Below are positions 1 to 9,842 of a DNA stretch of 53,718 nt, in pieces. The notes below the pieces were generated by a model. That model was not told the DNA's origin. It searched no databases and saw nothing but the letters and a program-made list of their open reading frames with translations. The translations under genes were made by a program, and so were the position numbers. The stretch lies in IMG/VR virus record IMGVR_UViG_3300031414_000029. One strand, given 5' to 3'. Each line of letters opens with the position of its first letter. Position 1 is the stretch's first letter. Origin of the DNA: a virus.

Positions 1-127
1 CTGGGCCAGACTCCAACTCAGGCTCCGGTTGAAAACAAAGCATCTGAAGAACAGGTTGATGAAGCAATGAAAGCAGAACTGGAAGCTCAGGCTAAAGCCA
101 AAGCAGAACGTGAAGCCGCTGCTGCTG
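1..127. repeat. Window-closing overlap: 1-127 is identical to 53592-53718 (unit genome 53,591 bp, circular map)
   Basis: Read directly: both copies run ctgggccagactccaactcagg...gaagccgctgctgctg. The ORF still open at 53718 continues in frame to the stop at 163-165. Confidence 0.95.
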
Positions 128-165
128 CATCTGGTGGCGATGCCCCGACAGACCTGCCATTCTAA
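1..165 (+). CDS. 3' end of the ssDNA-binding-like protein gene that starts at 52881 (wraps through the junction); ends ...GGDAPTDLPF*
   Basis: Frame 1 is open from base 1 to TAA at 163-165 and is the continuation of the ORF open at the window end. Confidence 0.8.
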   Translation: MGQTPTQAPVENKASEEQVDEAMKAELEAQAKAKAEREAAAAASGGDAPTDLPF

Positions 166-214
166 GTAACACACTGCATCTGCGTTGGGTAGATGCCTTG
201 CTTTAATAAGCAAA

Positions 215-245
215 GGAGGTCACACATTTGTGGCCTCCTCTTTTA
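215..245 (+). terminator. Rho-independent terminator after the ssDNA-binding-like gene
   Basis: 10-bp stem GGAGGTCACA/TGTGGCCTCC with a CATT loop, followed by TCTTTT. Confidence 0.8.
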
Positions 246-261
246 ATGGAATTTAGCAAAG

Positions 262-1269
262 ATGATTAAGAAGAAAAAGATTCTGTTGCTGGTTGATGGT
301 GACATGGTTGCCTTTTCCCACGCAGCGGCGGAAGAATACGGCAAGGAATCTGATGAAATCAGCTTTGCTAAAATTCAAATGTCGATGGAAGCCAAGATGG
401 ACTTTATGTCCAAACGTCTTCAGGCTACAGAAGTTATCACTCTTATTTCTGGTGATAACAATATGCGAAACATTATTGCGTCAACGTATAAAGCGAACCG
501 CGATGGTGTTTGGCGTCCTGAGAATCTCCGTAATGCCAAAGCTGCTTTAATGGCTGGATACGACGGAATCAAGATGGATTATCTGGAAGCTGATGACCTT
601 ATTGGTATCCTCGCTCGAAACAAAGTTGAGATGGAAATGGGTAAGCGTGGTTTAATTAAATCACTGCACACAACTCGCCTTCTCACTACCGACGATTACG
701 ACGAAATTTATATCGCATCGTTGGATAAAGATTTGAAACAAATCTGCACTCGTCCGGGTGGCCCTGTGATTAAGCACTACCGCTGGGAAACAGGAACGAC
801 AGGTGAAAAGATTTCTCACACAACTGGATTTGGTGAACTTAATTGTATCATCAAAGACAATGGCAAAACCAAGAAGAAAGAAATTAAGGGCGCTGGCCCT
901 AAATTCTTCCTCTGGCAGTTGCTTGTTGGTGACCCAACTGATGGTGTCATGGGTTGCGGTATCAGTGAAACTAAGATGTATAAAACTGGTGCTAAAGCTG
1001 GTGAAGAATATCAGAAGCGTTGCGGCGTCGGTGCTATTGAAGCATTCGAATTGCTCGACAAAATTGACAACTATGCAGACGGTTTGAAAGCCGTAGCCAC
1101 ACAGTATGTCATGCGCTTTGGTGATGGTTGGCAAGAACATCTTCTCACAAACGGCCGATTGCTCTACATGTCAAATACGGTGGCGGAAGGTAGCAAGGTT
1201 AGACTCTGGCATTACCAATCAAATGTGCTGGAATATTTCGACCTTAAAACCAAAACTGTAACAGCGTAG
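262..1269 (+). CDS. 5'-3' exonuclease / flap endonuclease (T7 gp6 / Pol I 5'-nuclease family)
   Basis: ILLLVDGDMVAF N-terminal acidic motif, LEADDLIG and SLDKDL acidic clusters, H3TH-like GVGAIEAFELL. Confidence 0.8.
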   Translation: MIKKKKILLLVDGDMVAFSHAAAEEYGKESDEISFAKIQMSMEAKMDFMSKRLQATEVITLISGDNNMRNIIASTYKANRDGVWRPENLRNAKAALMAGYDGIKMDYLEADDLIGILARNKVEMEMGKRGLIKSLHTTRLLTTDDYDEIYIASLDKDLKQICTRPGGPVIKHYRWETGTTGEKISHTTGFGELNCIIKDNGKTKKKEIKGAGPKFFLWQLLVGDPTDGVMGCGISETKMYKTGAKAGEEYQKRCGVGAIEAFELLDKIDNYADGLKAVATQYVMRFGDGWQEHLLTNGRLLYMSNTVAEGSKVRLWHYQSNVLEYFDLKTKTVTA

Positions 1270-1319
1270 GTTTATTCGTGCGGCATTCTGCTTAAACATT
1301 AGTAGGATGTGAATTTGCC

Positions 1320-1838
1320 ATGTATGGTTATTGTGGAACGGAGGCCAAGTTTACAGCTTGGCTTCAATCAGCTCTAAGGAGCGTGTGGGCAAAGCATCCA
1401 TCTAAACTCAGCCTTCTTCAAAAGAAGCGAGTTGCATTGAAAGTAGGCACAAGCAACAAAGCCATTTTCCATGTTCAGTGTGAGCATTGCCACAAATTAT
1501 TCAAACTCAAGGAGATAGAGGTTAACCACAAAAATAAATGTGGTGGTCTGTCTGACTTGAGAAGATTGAACGAATTCGTGAACAACTTATTGTTAGTTCA
1601 AGAATCGGATTTGGAACTTCTCTGCCACGATTGTCACGGTGTCGTAACCTATATGGAGCGATACAATGTCACCAAACGGGAAGCCATTATCGAGAAGAAA
1701 GTAATTGCTTTCGGCAAACTGACTGACAAAGCTCAGATTGAGAAATGCAAACAAGCTGGGTTCAATCCCATTCCCAAAACAAAAATCGGTCGTAAGAATG
1801 CGGTCCGAGAATATCTTAAGAAGGCTATCCCGCAATGA
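1320..1838 (+). CDS. HNH endonuclease
   Basis: CEHCHKLF...EVNHKN...CHDCHG: Cys/His pairs and HNH-type spacing. Confidence 0.6.
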   Translation: MYGYCGTEAKFTAWLQSALRSVWAKHPSKLSLLQKKRVALKVGTSNKAIFHVQCEHCHKLFKLKEIEVNHKNKCGGLSDLRRLNEFVNNLLLVQESDLELLCHDCHGVVTYMERYNVTKREAIIEKKVIAFGKLTDKAQIEKCKQAGFNPIPKTKIGRKNAVREYLKKAIPQ

Positions 1839-2599
1839 CGATTAAGTTATTGGACGACGGAACATCTTATACAAAGGCGCATGCTCATGATTGGGAAGAC
1901 GCAAATTGTTTGCTCAAAGGTCGCTGTGAAATCTATATTAAGATTGACGGCATTCGAGCAATTCGCAATAAGCATGGTAAGGTATGGAGTCGAAATTCCA
2001 AACCCTTACCACACCTCGACCACCTCTCTTTTAAAGACGCTGAAATCTTCCGAAATTCTTGGAATGAAACCTCTAGCATCCTCGGCAGCATTGCACCGCC
2101 TTCCACTGCTTTAACGCAGGAAAATGTGTACGAGTTGAGCGACGGCGCTATTGACAAACGTCTTTACCTCGGTTGGGCTGATAACCCAAGCAATGAAAAC
2201 CTTCATGAGCTGATGCTGAAAATGCTGAAACTTGGTCACGAGGGCCTCATTGTTCGCTGTGTCGATAAGAAAAATCGGATTCTATGGTGGAAGATTGTAC
2301 CATATAAATATGCCGATATTAAAGTCACAGGTATGAAAGAAGGCACCAATAAGAACAAAGGTATGTGCGGCTCTATCGCCACAGACTACGGCTCTGCCGG
2401 TTCGATGGTTGCTGATTGCCTGCAAGACCACGGCATTGTTGGTGATGCCAATATCCGGGCATGGTTGTGGAAGAATCGCCACCAGCTCATTGGTAAAATT
2501 ATTCAGGTGCGTTACCGCGAAAAGACAGAAGCAGGAAAACTCCGCTTCCCTTCTTTGGTGCGTTTGCGTACTGATAAGTCGGAAGAGAGTTTTGACTAA
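1835..2599 (+). CDS. ATP-dependent DNA ligase (compact, 254 aa)
   Basis: Motif I KIDGIRA (KxDGxR), EGLIVR (motif IV), WWKIVPY..DIKV (motif V), LRFPSLVRLRTDK (motif VI). ATGA overlap with the upstream gene. Confidence 0.8.
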   Translation: MTIKLLDDGTSYTKAHAHDWEDANCLLKGRCEIYIKIDGIRAIRNKHGKVWSRNSKPLPHLDHLSFKDAEIFRNSWNETSSILGSIAPPSTALTQENVYELSDGAIDKRLYLGWADNPSNENLHELMLKMLKLGHEGLIVRCVDKKNRILWWKIVPYKYADIKVTGMKEGTNKNKGMCGSIATDYGSAGSMVADCLQDHGIVGDANIRAWLWKNRHQLIGKIIQVRYREKTEAGKLRFPSLVRLRTDKSEESFD

Positions 2600-3201
2600 T
2601 GAGTCAATTCAAACTTGGTGTGGTCCTTAGTGGGCCTCCCGGTTGTGGCAAAGACACAATCGCAAATATCATTGTGGAGCGTTTCGGATTTACGAAGCAC
2701 CAATTCAAGGATGCGCTCTATGCGGAAACTGCTAAACATTTTGAAGTTGATTTGGATAAGTTCATCCACTTCGCCTCTGACCGTAGCCTTAAAGATTCGA
2801 AATCCTTGGCGGGATTGGGCGGAAGAACTCCTCGTGAAGCACTCATCTATGTCAGCGAGTCAGTTCTCAAACCTCGTTTCGGTAACGATTACTTTGGCAA
2901 GGCTGAGGTTAATCGTTTGGAAGAACTGTTGGGGCATTTGGATGGCAATGTTAATGTCATCTATCCCGATGGTGGCTTTCCAGATGAAGTGGTATGTGTT
3001 GAATCCTACTTCACTCATGTTGTTGTCATTCGTCTTCATCGAGATTCTTTTGATTTCTCGGGCGATAGTCGCAACTACCTTTACCCCAAACACTCCGATA
3101 AATGTTCTTCCGCTGACGTCCATTTGATTGATGAACGTATTGAAGACGCGGTCGAAGATGTTATGTCGGCAATCACTGCTGTAAGAGAACTCTATGCCTA
3201 A
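2599..3201 (+). CDS. P-loop deoxynucleoside monophosphate kinase-like protein
   Basis: Walker A LSGPPGCGKDT at the N-terminus. Size and position beside dUTPase are typical of phage dNMP kinases. Confidence 0.55.
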   Translation: MSQFKLGVVLSGPPGCGKDTIANIIVERFGFTKHQFKDALYAETAKHFEVDLDKFIHFASDRSLKDSKSLAGLGGRTPREALIYVSESVLKPRFGNDYFGKAEVNRLEELLGHLDGNVNVIYPDGGFPDEVVCVESYFTHVVVIRLHRDSFDFSGDSRNYLYPKHSDKCSSADVHLIDERIEDAVEDVMSAITAVRELYA

Positions 3202-3655
3202 GTCTCAAGTTGTACGTATTAAACTGCTTCACCCTGCGGCTCAAAAGCCTGTCTTTGGTTCGGCACTTGCTGCTGGTGCAGACGTACACTCTGTTACCGA
3301 AACTGTAATCATGCCCGGCGCATCTGCTGTAATTGAAACTGGCCTGGCTTTCGAGCTGCCAGAAGGTTACATGATTGAAGCCGTTGGCCGTTCAGGTCTG
3401 GGCTTTAAATTCGGAATTCGTCTGGCGAATTGCATCGGTGTAATTGACCAAGATTACACCGGCGAGCTGAAACTGAAACTGGTTAACGATGGCAATGCCC
3501 CGTTCAAAGTTGAGGTTGGCGACCGTATTGGTCAAATCCTTCTGCGTGAATATACACAAATGCAGTTCGAAGAAGTCTCTGAGATTTCCGAAACTGCTCG
3601 TGGTTCAGGCGGCTTTGGTTCATCTGGTGGTTCTGCGCACTTAGCAGCCCACTAA
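3194..3655 (+). CDS. dut: dUTP pyrophosphatase (dUTPase)
   Basis: AAGADV, GRSGLG, IGVIDQDYTGEL, GDRIGQ and C-terminal RGSGGFGSSG motifs. Confidence 0.95.
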   Translation: MPKSQVVRIKLLHPAAQKPVFGSALAAGADVHSVTETVIMPGASAVIETGLAFELPEGYMIEAVGRSGLGFKFGIRLANCIGVIDQDYTGELKLKLVNDGNAPFKVEVGDRIGQILLREYTQMQFEEVSEISETARGSGGFGSSGGSAHLAAH

Positions 3656-3662
3656 TTGCTCA

Positions 3663-3866
3663 ATGGAGAATCCGAGCATGATTAAATTGTTTGATGACCT
3701 TCTGTCTCATTTGAACGCAGAAGACAACGAAACAGCCCTTAAGTTTCGTGCAAAACTGGCTGCAATGGAAGAACGTCTTGAGAAGTTAGACGCTCTTGAA
3801 GCTGGCGGTGTTGATAACTGGTCTGGGTATGGCGACTGCTTTGAGGAATTCGAAGAAGATGAATAA
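3663..3866 (+). CDS. Hypothetical small acidic protein
   Basis: ORF track; tight spacing with neighbours. Confidence 0.5.
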   Translation: MENPSMIKLFDDLLSHLNAEDNETALKFRAKLAAMEERLEKLDALEAGGVDNWSGYGDCFEEFEEDE

Positions 3867-4266
3867 AATCAAACGTGGTCCTGTACCAAGCAAAGCATTT
3901 CTCATTATTGCGAAGTATATCTTTGACGACCCAGAAACGGTTGAAGAGGATTATCTGAAGCATGATGAACTTCGCATCAAGCAGGTGGCACACATTGCCT
4001 TTGCTGATTTGCATTCACTGCATTCTCGTCTTATGGGTGAGGATGTAGGAGTTCTTGAAGGCGTTAAACTCTCAGAGCTTGAAGGTCACTGGATGCTGGA
4101 AGGAACTCGTTCCAACAATAACGGCATGTACTGGGACGAAGTTACTGAGATTATTAAATGCCACGAAGTTGAAGAAGTAATAACTGTAACCAAGTGGAAA
4201 CCAATCGAAGATGAAACTCAGTCCTCAGAAGAAAGTGTACCAGCGCGACCCGTTGGTAAAAAATAA
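3859..4266 (+). CDS. Hypothetical protein (start moved to ATG 3859, MNKIKRG...)
   Basis: The first 21 codons of the 3796 ORF overlap the previous gene out of frame. ATG 3859 overlaps its stop region. Confidence 0.5.
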   Translation: MNKIKRGPVPSKAFLIIAKYIFDDPETVEEDYLKHDELRIKQVAHIAFADLHSLHSRLMGEDVGVLEGVKLSELEGHWMLEGTRSNNNGMYWDEVTEIIKCHEVEEVITVTKWKPIEDETQSSEESVPARPVGKK

Positions 4267-4564
4267 AGTCGGCGTAAACTTTGTTTACCTCCATTCCAAA
4301 GTCACATCGAAAGGTGGTGGCACTTATATTTCAAGAGCACTGGCAGCCCGTAATGATACAGGTGCTGATGTAATTGTATTTATGATTCCATCGTCTGAGA
4401 ATGCACTGGAAACTCTGGAGCGTATAAAACGTTGTCGCGAGGACTTGGCATCTGCCGTTCGTCCGTTGATTCTGCCATTTAAAATTGTGGCTGTTATTAG
4501 CGAGAATCAGAAGCATCTTGAGAATTTCTTCTCAGATTCTACTTGGAACGATGTAAGGTACTAA
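4211..4564 (+). CDS. Hypothetical protein (start uncertain)
   Basis: ORF track; 56-nt overlap with the upstream ORF suggests a later start. Confidence 0.45.
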   Translation: MKLSPQKKVYQRDPLVKNKVGVNFVYLHSKVTSKGGGTYISRALAARNDTGADVIVFMIPSSENALETLERIKRCREDLASAVRPLILPFKIVAVISENQKHLENFFSDSTWNDVRY

Positions 4565-4582
4565 GCGATACGCCGAAAATTG

Positions 4583-4609
4583 GGAGGTCATTTGGCCTCC
4601 TGTTTTCTT
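4583..4609 (+). terminator. Rho-independent terminator
   Basis: GGAGGTC-ATTT-GGCCTCC stem-loop followed by TGTTTTCTT. The sequence is related to the terminator at 215-245. Confidence 0.7.
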
Positions 4610-4621
4610 GGAGTACCGCCT

Positions 4622-4804
4622 ATGCGCACAATTGATTGTAAGGACTGCGGTTACTCAATTGGTGAAGATGATTTCGCCATGATGCTGTGTCCGATTTGTG
4701 ATTCCTACATGGAATTAAACCGACTTGACTCAAAAGCCAAACCAGAGTTGTGCAAAATAATTCGAGTTGATGGAACAAAGAAGTTATCCAATAAGGTTCA
4801 GTAA
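4622..4804 (+). CDS. Small zinc-ribbon protein
   Basis: MRTIDCKDCGY...CPICDSY (two CxxC pairs). GGAG lies 8 nt upstream of ATG 4622. The TTG 4580 start in the ORF track lies inside the terminator hairpin. Confidence 0.5.
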   Translation: MRTIDCKDCGYSIGEDDFAMMLCPICDSYMELNRLDSKAKPELCKIIRVDGTKKLSNKVQ

Positions 4805-6813
4805 TGGCAGATTTGGGCGAAGAATACGACAACACAGTCGTCTTCCACTTATTAAAGTTTTATGGCGACTTACTCAAAGTTAGCCGTTCAAGATTCTGCC
4901 TACAAACTCTGCCAATACTGCGTAAGTATATCGCGAGCAGTCCAGAAATTATTCGTGATTACTACGAAGCTCTTGACGCAGAGATTGAAGGTCAGGGCTT
5001 AAAAGATAACGCTGTGTTGCGTTCACTTGTCACAGCTCAACGAGAAAGATTGGAAGCTGGTGACTCAAAAGATTCCACGGCATACGCCAGTGAAATCGAA
5101 AAGATGATTAAGGATGGTAAGACAGACCGTGTACCCGGTTCGACTATTGAGGCCGACACTGCTGAGCACGATGCTACCTCTGAACTCATTGACAAAATTC
5201 TTGATGACCCGCTAAACGTAGACCCAACTGTAATTTCTAAAAGAGTTGCAGATGAAGTCAGGAAGATTTTAACTTCTAGCTTTGAGCGGTTCGGCAAATG
5301 GTCATTCCATATTCAAATGGGATTCCCATTCCAGTCGCAGGATTTCCACGATGTGATATTCGATGTGGGGCAGCAAATTGTTGACGGTAAAATTGACCGT
5401 GTAATCATAACAATTCCTCCACGACATTCGAAGACACAACTGCTATCTATTGCGCTGCCTTTGTATTCTTTCTGCCACAACGTAACCAGCCACAACATTA
5501 TTACTTCCTATGCGGAAGACGTTGTGTTGGAATCATCTGGCTATATTCGTACTGTGATGCTTGACCCATTGTTCCAGCGCATATTCCCAAATGTTCGTAT
5601 CGACCCCGGCAAGCGTTCGCTTGAGCGTTGGGGTACAACGAAACAGGGCGTAATGCATGCTGTTCCAACGGGCGGTAAAATGACAGGTAAAGGTGCTGGC
5701 TTACTGGCTCCTAAATACTCTGGCTGCTTTGTCGTAGATGACGTTATCAAACCAAAAGATGCGTATTCCGACACAGTGCGAATGGAAATAAATGACCGTT
5801 ACGATAACACATTTATGTCTCGTCTTGCTAACGATGGTGTGATTACAAACCCAGATGGAACCTTGCAGAAATGTGCGAGAACTCCAATGGTTATCATCAT
5901 GCAGCGTGTTCACGATTCAGACCTTGTTGGTTATCTGTTGCGTGGCGGTTCGTCTGACAAATATCATTACCTCAACATTCCTGCAATTGTTGAGAAAGAT
6001 ACTGGTTCTGCCGAGTATTACGACAGGCTCATTAAGAAGCAAAACTATACGCATGCGATTCCAATCTTATATGATTTGAAACGAGATGCCGAAAAGTCTG
6101 CTCTATGGCCGTCACGTAAAAGCCTCGAATCTCTCGAAGCAATGAAGTTGGCAAACCCGTACACTTACAACAGTCAGTATGCAGGCGACCCAACGGCAAA
6201 TGGTACTGGATTAATTAAGGAAGATTGGTGGCGTGAATACGACCCTGAGACTTTCGATTATTCCAAAATTGTTCGCTCGTTTATTACAGCGGACACAGCT
6301 TCGACTGCCAAAACATATTCAGACTATGCAGTGTTGAAACATTGGGGCGTCACGAAAGAACGTGATGTTTTCTGTCTGGATATAATGCTCGGCAAGTATG
6401 AAGTACCAGAGCTTAAAAAAGCTGTAATTGATTTCTGGAATAAGCGTAATAAGTTTGTCTTGTCAGCGCCTTGTTTAATTCCACGTGCATTGTACATGGA
6501 AGATAAGTCGTCTGGACAATTCCTTAACCAAGAGTTTGCTCGCGCAGGTAATATCAGGTTGATGCCTGTACCGCGTGACAAATCTGGTGGCGATAAGGTT
6601 GCACGATTCCTGAATACCATTCCATATTTCTCAACTGGTAAAATATTCTGGCCTGCTGGTCACGAACATATTGACCATGTTAAACGAGAAATTCTTGGAA
6701 TGACTTCTCTTGGCTCCGGCACTGGTCATGATGACTGCTGCGATAATGTCTCTGATATGGTCGCAATTGAATTCTCCGGCATAAGCGCCAATTACTCTAG
6801 TTGGGTTGACTAA
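4804..6813 (+). CDS. Terminase large subunit
   Basis: 669 aa directly upstream of the portal gene. ATPase-like IPPRHSKTQL and CFVVDDVIKP (Walker B-like), and a C-terminal nuclease-like FITADTAST...HDDCCD. Confidence 0.8.
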   Translation: MADLGEEYDNTVVFHLLKFYGDLLKVSRSRFCLQTLPILRKYIASSPEIIRDYYEALDAEIEGQGLKDNAVLRSLVTAQRERLEAGDSKDSTAYASEIEKMIKDGKTDRVPGSTIEADTAEHDATSELIDKILDDPLNVDPTVISKRVADEVRKILTSSFERFGKWSFHIQMGFPFQSQDFHDVIFDVGQQIVDGKIDRVIITIPPRHSKTQLLSIALPLYSFCHNVTSHNIITSYAEDVVLESSGYIRTVMLDPLFQRIFPNVRIDPGKRSLERWGTTKQGVMHAVPTGGKMTGKGAGLLAPKYSGCFVVDDVIKPKDAYSDTVRMEINDRYDNTFMSRLANDGVITNPDGTLQKCARTPMVIIMQRVHDSDLVGYLLRGGSSDKYHYLNIPAIVEKDTGSAEYYDRLIKKQNYTHAIPILYDLKRDAEKSALWPSRKSLESLEAMKLANPYTYNSQYAGDPTANGTGLIKEDWWREYDPETFDYSKIVRSFITADTASTAKTYSDYAVLKHWGVTKERDVFCLDIMLGKYEVPELKKAVIDFWNKRNKFVLSAPCLIPRALYMEDKSSGQFLNQEFARAGNIRLMPVPRDKSGGDKVARFLNTIPYFSTGKIFWPAGHEHIDHVKREILGMTSLGSGTGHDDCCDNVSDMVAIEFSGISANYSSWVD

Positions 6814-7001
6814 TGAGTGTGATTACTCGTATTGACTCTCGGAGCAAAAACAATTCCGGCTTCGAAATTCGTTGCGCGGAAACTGGCAAAACGCTGGTGT
6901 TTGTCGAAGCTCTGGGGCACGAAACTGAACTCCGTATTAGTTCTAGCGATGCAGTTGAAATCGTAAAGTCTAATGGGGTTAAGCTCAAAAGGAAGAAATA
7001 A
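6813..7001 (+). CDS. Hypothetical small protein
   Basis: ORF track; ATGA overlap with terminase. Confidence 0.5.
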   Translation: MSVITRIDSRSKNNSGFEIRCAETGKTLVFVEALGHETELRISSSDAVEIVKSNGVKLKRKK

Positions 7002-8321
7002 ATGTCTTCCAGAAGAAACCGGTCTAAACCAAAAGGTTCGACTAAACTCGGTGACGGACTTGAAAACGTCATCAGTGGAATGGGTGGAGAAAAAGATAAG
7101 TCTGTGTATAACACATGGACTTTCTCCAATAAGAATGCCGACTATCGACAACTCATGCATCGCTTCCGCGAAGATTGGGTTAGTCAGAAAGTCTGCACAA
7201 TCGTTCCACAGGATATGACGCGTAACTGGCGCAAGATTAGTACGCCTGAAGGCATAGAAGCAGACAAGAAATTGAAACTGCGTAAGCTGTGTCGTGAAGG
7301 CTACCAATGGGCCAGACTCTATGGAACCTCGTTCATGCTCCTTGATATTAAAGGAACAGGTGCGTTGAATACTCCATTGCGTTTGGATAATTTGAAGAAG
7401 GGCTGTATCAAATCCCTGAGAATTATTGACCGTTCACGCTTATTCGCGGCTGGTAACATCGTGCTGGATGCACTTTCACCTCACTATGGTTTGCCTGAGT
7501 ATTACACTCTTGCAGGCAATCCGGGGTGGATTCACCACACGCGCTTCTTGCGTTTCGAAGGAACCGAACTTCCACTGTTCGAATTCCAACGTAACCAATG
7601 GTATTCGGATTCGGTGTTGATACCACTGATGAACACCATTGACCAGTTCTACACAACAGCCGCTGCTGCTGCGCAACTTGCACAGGAAGCAACCATTGAT
7701 GTAGTAACGGTCGCCGGACTTCAATCCCTTCTGACAAATCCAGAAGGTGAACGTTCCGTGATGAAGCGATTCCGATTAATGAAGCAAGCTAAGAGCCTTT
7801 ATAACGTTCTTATTCTTGATGACTCGGAAGAATATAATACCAAGTCCATCGCCCTTTCTGGCGTAAAAGATTTGATTTGGGAATATCTTAAAATCGTAGC
7901 TGCTGCGGTTGGTATTCCTGCGACTCGTTTCCTGTCTGCTTCTCCTGATGGTATGAATGCCACTGGTGAATCTGACCTCGTAAACTATATTGACCTTCTC
8001 TCTGGATTACAGACAGCAATCTTTGAACCTCGTTTAGAGATTCTGGACCAACTGGCTTGCGCACATTTCGGCATTTCCGAATACACTTATGAGTGGTGTG
8101 ACATATTCCCAGAGTCGAATGTTGATAAAGCCAAGCGTGCTCTTGATACAGCAAATGCACTTAATCTTTTAGTTGAATCGGGAACTATTACCCGACAGAA
8201 TGCGAACAAGATTCTTGAGCATAGCCGTGTATTTGGCATGTGTGAAATCGAAGCCGCTCCAACAACTCCACCACAAGCTCCAAAGGATAGTGGTAATGCA
8301 AAACAAACTGGTTCCAGTTAG
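7002..8321 (+). CDS. Portal protein
   Basis: 439 aa, positioned between terminase and scaffold. The N-terminal basic tail and overall pattern resemble DUF1073-type portals. Confidence 0.7.
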   Translation: MSSRRNRSKPKGSTKLGDGLENVISGMGGEKDKSVYNTWTFSNKNADYRQLMHRFREDWVSQKVCTIVPQDMTRNWRKISTPEGIEADKKLKLRKLCREGYQWARLYGTSFMLLDIKGTGALNTPLRLDNLKKGCIKSLRIIDRSRLFAAGNIVLDALSPHYGLPEYYTLAGNPGWIHHTRFLRFEGTELPLFEFQRNQWYSDSVLIPLMNTIDQFYTTAAAAAQLAQEATIDVVTVAGLQSLLTNPEGERSVMKRFRLMKQAKSLYNVLILDDSEEYNTKSIALSGVKDLIWEYLKIVAAAVGIPATRFLSASPDGMNATGESDLVNYIDLLSGLQTAIFEPRLEILDQLACAHFGISEYTYEWCDIFPESNVDKAKRALDTANALNLLVESGTITRQNANKILEHSRVFGMCEIEAAPTTPPQAPKDSGNAKQTGSS

Positions 8322-9357
8322 CTTTATTGATGAAGAGTCTGTTGCTCAGCCTGTAGTTTTATTTGCTGACCGTCAGACTATTGCATCTGCCAGAGTTCTG
8401 CGTGATTCTGGCGAAATGATTGCGCCAGTTACGATTGCACGCACTGGCGATATGCTTTACAAGGCCAAAGAACTTGGCCCACAGTTTGCCGACCTGCCGC
8501 CTGAACAGGCCGTACGTGTCACAACTCCGCCGGAAGTTCTGTTTGACGAAGAGACAATTAATCTTTGTCGCTCTATGGCAGTAACAATCGGTCATCCTGC
8601 TTCGGACGTAAGTCTGGACAATCACAGAGAGTTGCGTAAAGGTTTCCTTGAAGGAACTCCAACTCCTGATGGCACGCACCTGTCTGGTTTCGTTGTACTC
8701 ACCGATAAAGACGCTATTAATTTAGTTGATTCGGGGGTTGACCAAACTTCGTGGGGCCATGACGCATTAGTTGAACGTGTGGAAAAGAATGGTGTTGTGT
8801 CTGCTGTTAAGACCAAAATCACTTCTGTTAACCACCTTGCAATTGTTCGTCGCGGACGTGCCCAGACAACTCGTATCGGTGATTCCGGTGAAGAGATTGC
8901 AATCGTAGACCGTTCTCAGTTTGAAGCTGTTGAAGCTCAGCGTGATGAACTGTCTGTGAAAGTTGAAACTCTCACTGCGAAACTGGCTGATGCCGAAGTT
9001 GCTCGCCTGTCTGATGAACAAATTCAGACTCTCGTAGATGAACGTGTTAAGTCACGTCTGGTTCTGCTGACTCAAGTAGCTCAGCTGGGCGACGAGTTTG
9101 TGAAGATGGACTTCGCAGGCAAAGACGAAATGGCGATTAAGCGTGAAGTTCTTGCTGTCTTGCGTGATGCAGATATGTCAGACAAGAGCGACGACTATGT
9201 AAACGTCCGTTTCGAAATCGCGCTGGAAGATGGTGAAACTGTTTCGCTGTCTGATGCGCTGTCAACTTCCCTACAGTCGGGTGAACCGTCTGAAGAAGTA
9301 AAACCATCTGTTCGTGATGAAGCTCTCGCTCGTCGCGAAGCTCGTTACTCCAAGTAA
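8296..9357 (+). CDS. Scaffold / prohead-protease-like protein (DUF2213-like); start moved to ATG 8296
   Basis: Position between portal and capsid. The C-terminal half is a charged coiled coil. The 8173 start would overlap the portal gene by 149 nt. Confidence 0.5.
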   Translation: MQNKLVPVSFIDEESVAQPVVLFADRQTIASARVLRDSGEMIAPVTIARTGDMLYKAKELGPQFADLPPEQAVRVTTPPEVLFDEETINLCRSMAVTIGHPASDVSLDNHRELRKGFLEGTPTPDGTHLSGFVVLTDKDAINLVDSGVDQTSWGHDALVERVEKNGVVSAVKTKITSVNHLAIVRRGRAQTTRIGDSGEEIAIVDRSQFEAVEAQRDELSVKVETLTAKLADAEVARLSDEQIQTLVDERVKSRLVLLTQVAQLGDEFVKMDFAGKDEMAIKREVLAVLRDADMSDKSDDYVNVRFEIALEDGETVSLSDALSTSLQSGEPSEEVKPSVRDEALARREARYSK

Positions 9358-9368
9358 GGATTCAGTCA

Positions 9369-9842
9369 ATGCCAAAGCAAGACTTTAATATCAACACCAA
9401 AGCAGCTGCGGCTGGTGACGTGTATGGTCTGGCCTTTACCAACTCACAGCGTCTGACCTACATCACTGAAGATTCTCAGACTGCATACGGTCTGGCTGTT
9501 CAGCAGGGCGCTAAAGCAAACACCATCAAAGTTGGCTCTGTAGACGGTGAAGTTCTGGGCATTACCATGCGTCAGAATATTGTCGAATCTGCGAAACGTC
9601 CGGGCGACGGTACTCTGGTTCTGGTTCCGGGTACTCCACTGGCTGTAATGCTGGATGGTCCGATTAACGTTAAGCTGAACACTGCTATCACTGATGGCAA
9701 TATCGGCATTAACGCCAAAGGCGAATTCGGCGGTGTGGCTGATGGCTACACTCAGGCAACAAACATCAAAGCGCTGGAATATCCGGCTGCTGCTGGCGAT
9801 GTTATTGCTGTTATGGTGGTCATGCAAGGCCCAAAAGCCTAA
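9369..9842 (+). CDS. Head decoration-like structural protein, short (0-frame) form
   Basis: 157-aa Gly/Ala/Val-rich protein just upstream of the capsid gene; highly biased (ctg/cgt/ggt) codon usage. Confidence 0.55.
   Translation: MPKQDFNINTKAAAAGDVYGLAFTNSQRLTYITEDSQTAYGLAVQQGAKANTIKVGSVDGEVLGITMRQNIVESAKRPGDGTLVLVPGTPLAVMLDGPINVKLNTAITDGNIGINAKGEFGGVADGYTQATNIKALEYPAAAGDVIAVMVVMQGPKA

Noticed and set aside
4580-4621. TTG start at 4580 for the zinc-ribbon ORF
   Set aside because: These codons lie inside the terminator hairpin at 4583-4609. ATG 4622 has a GGAG at proper spacing.
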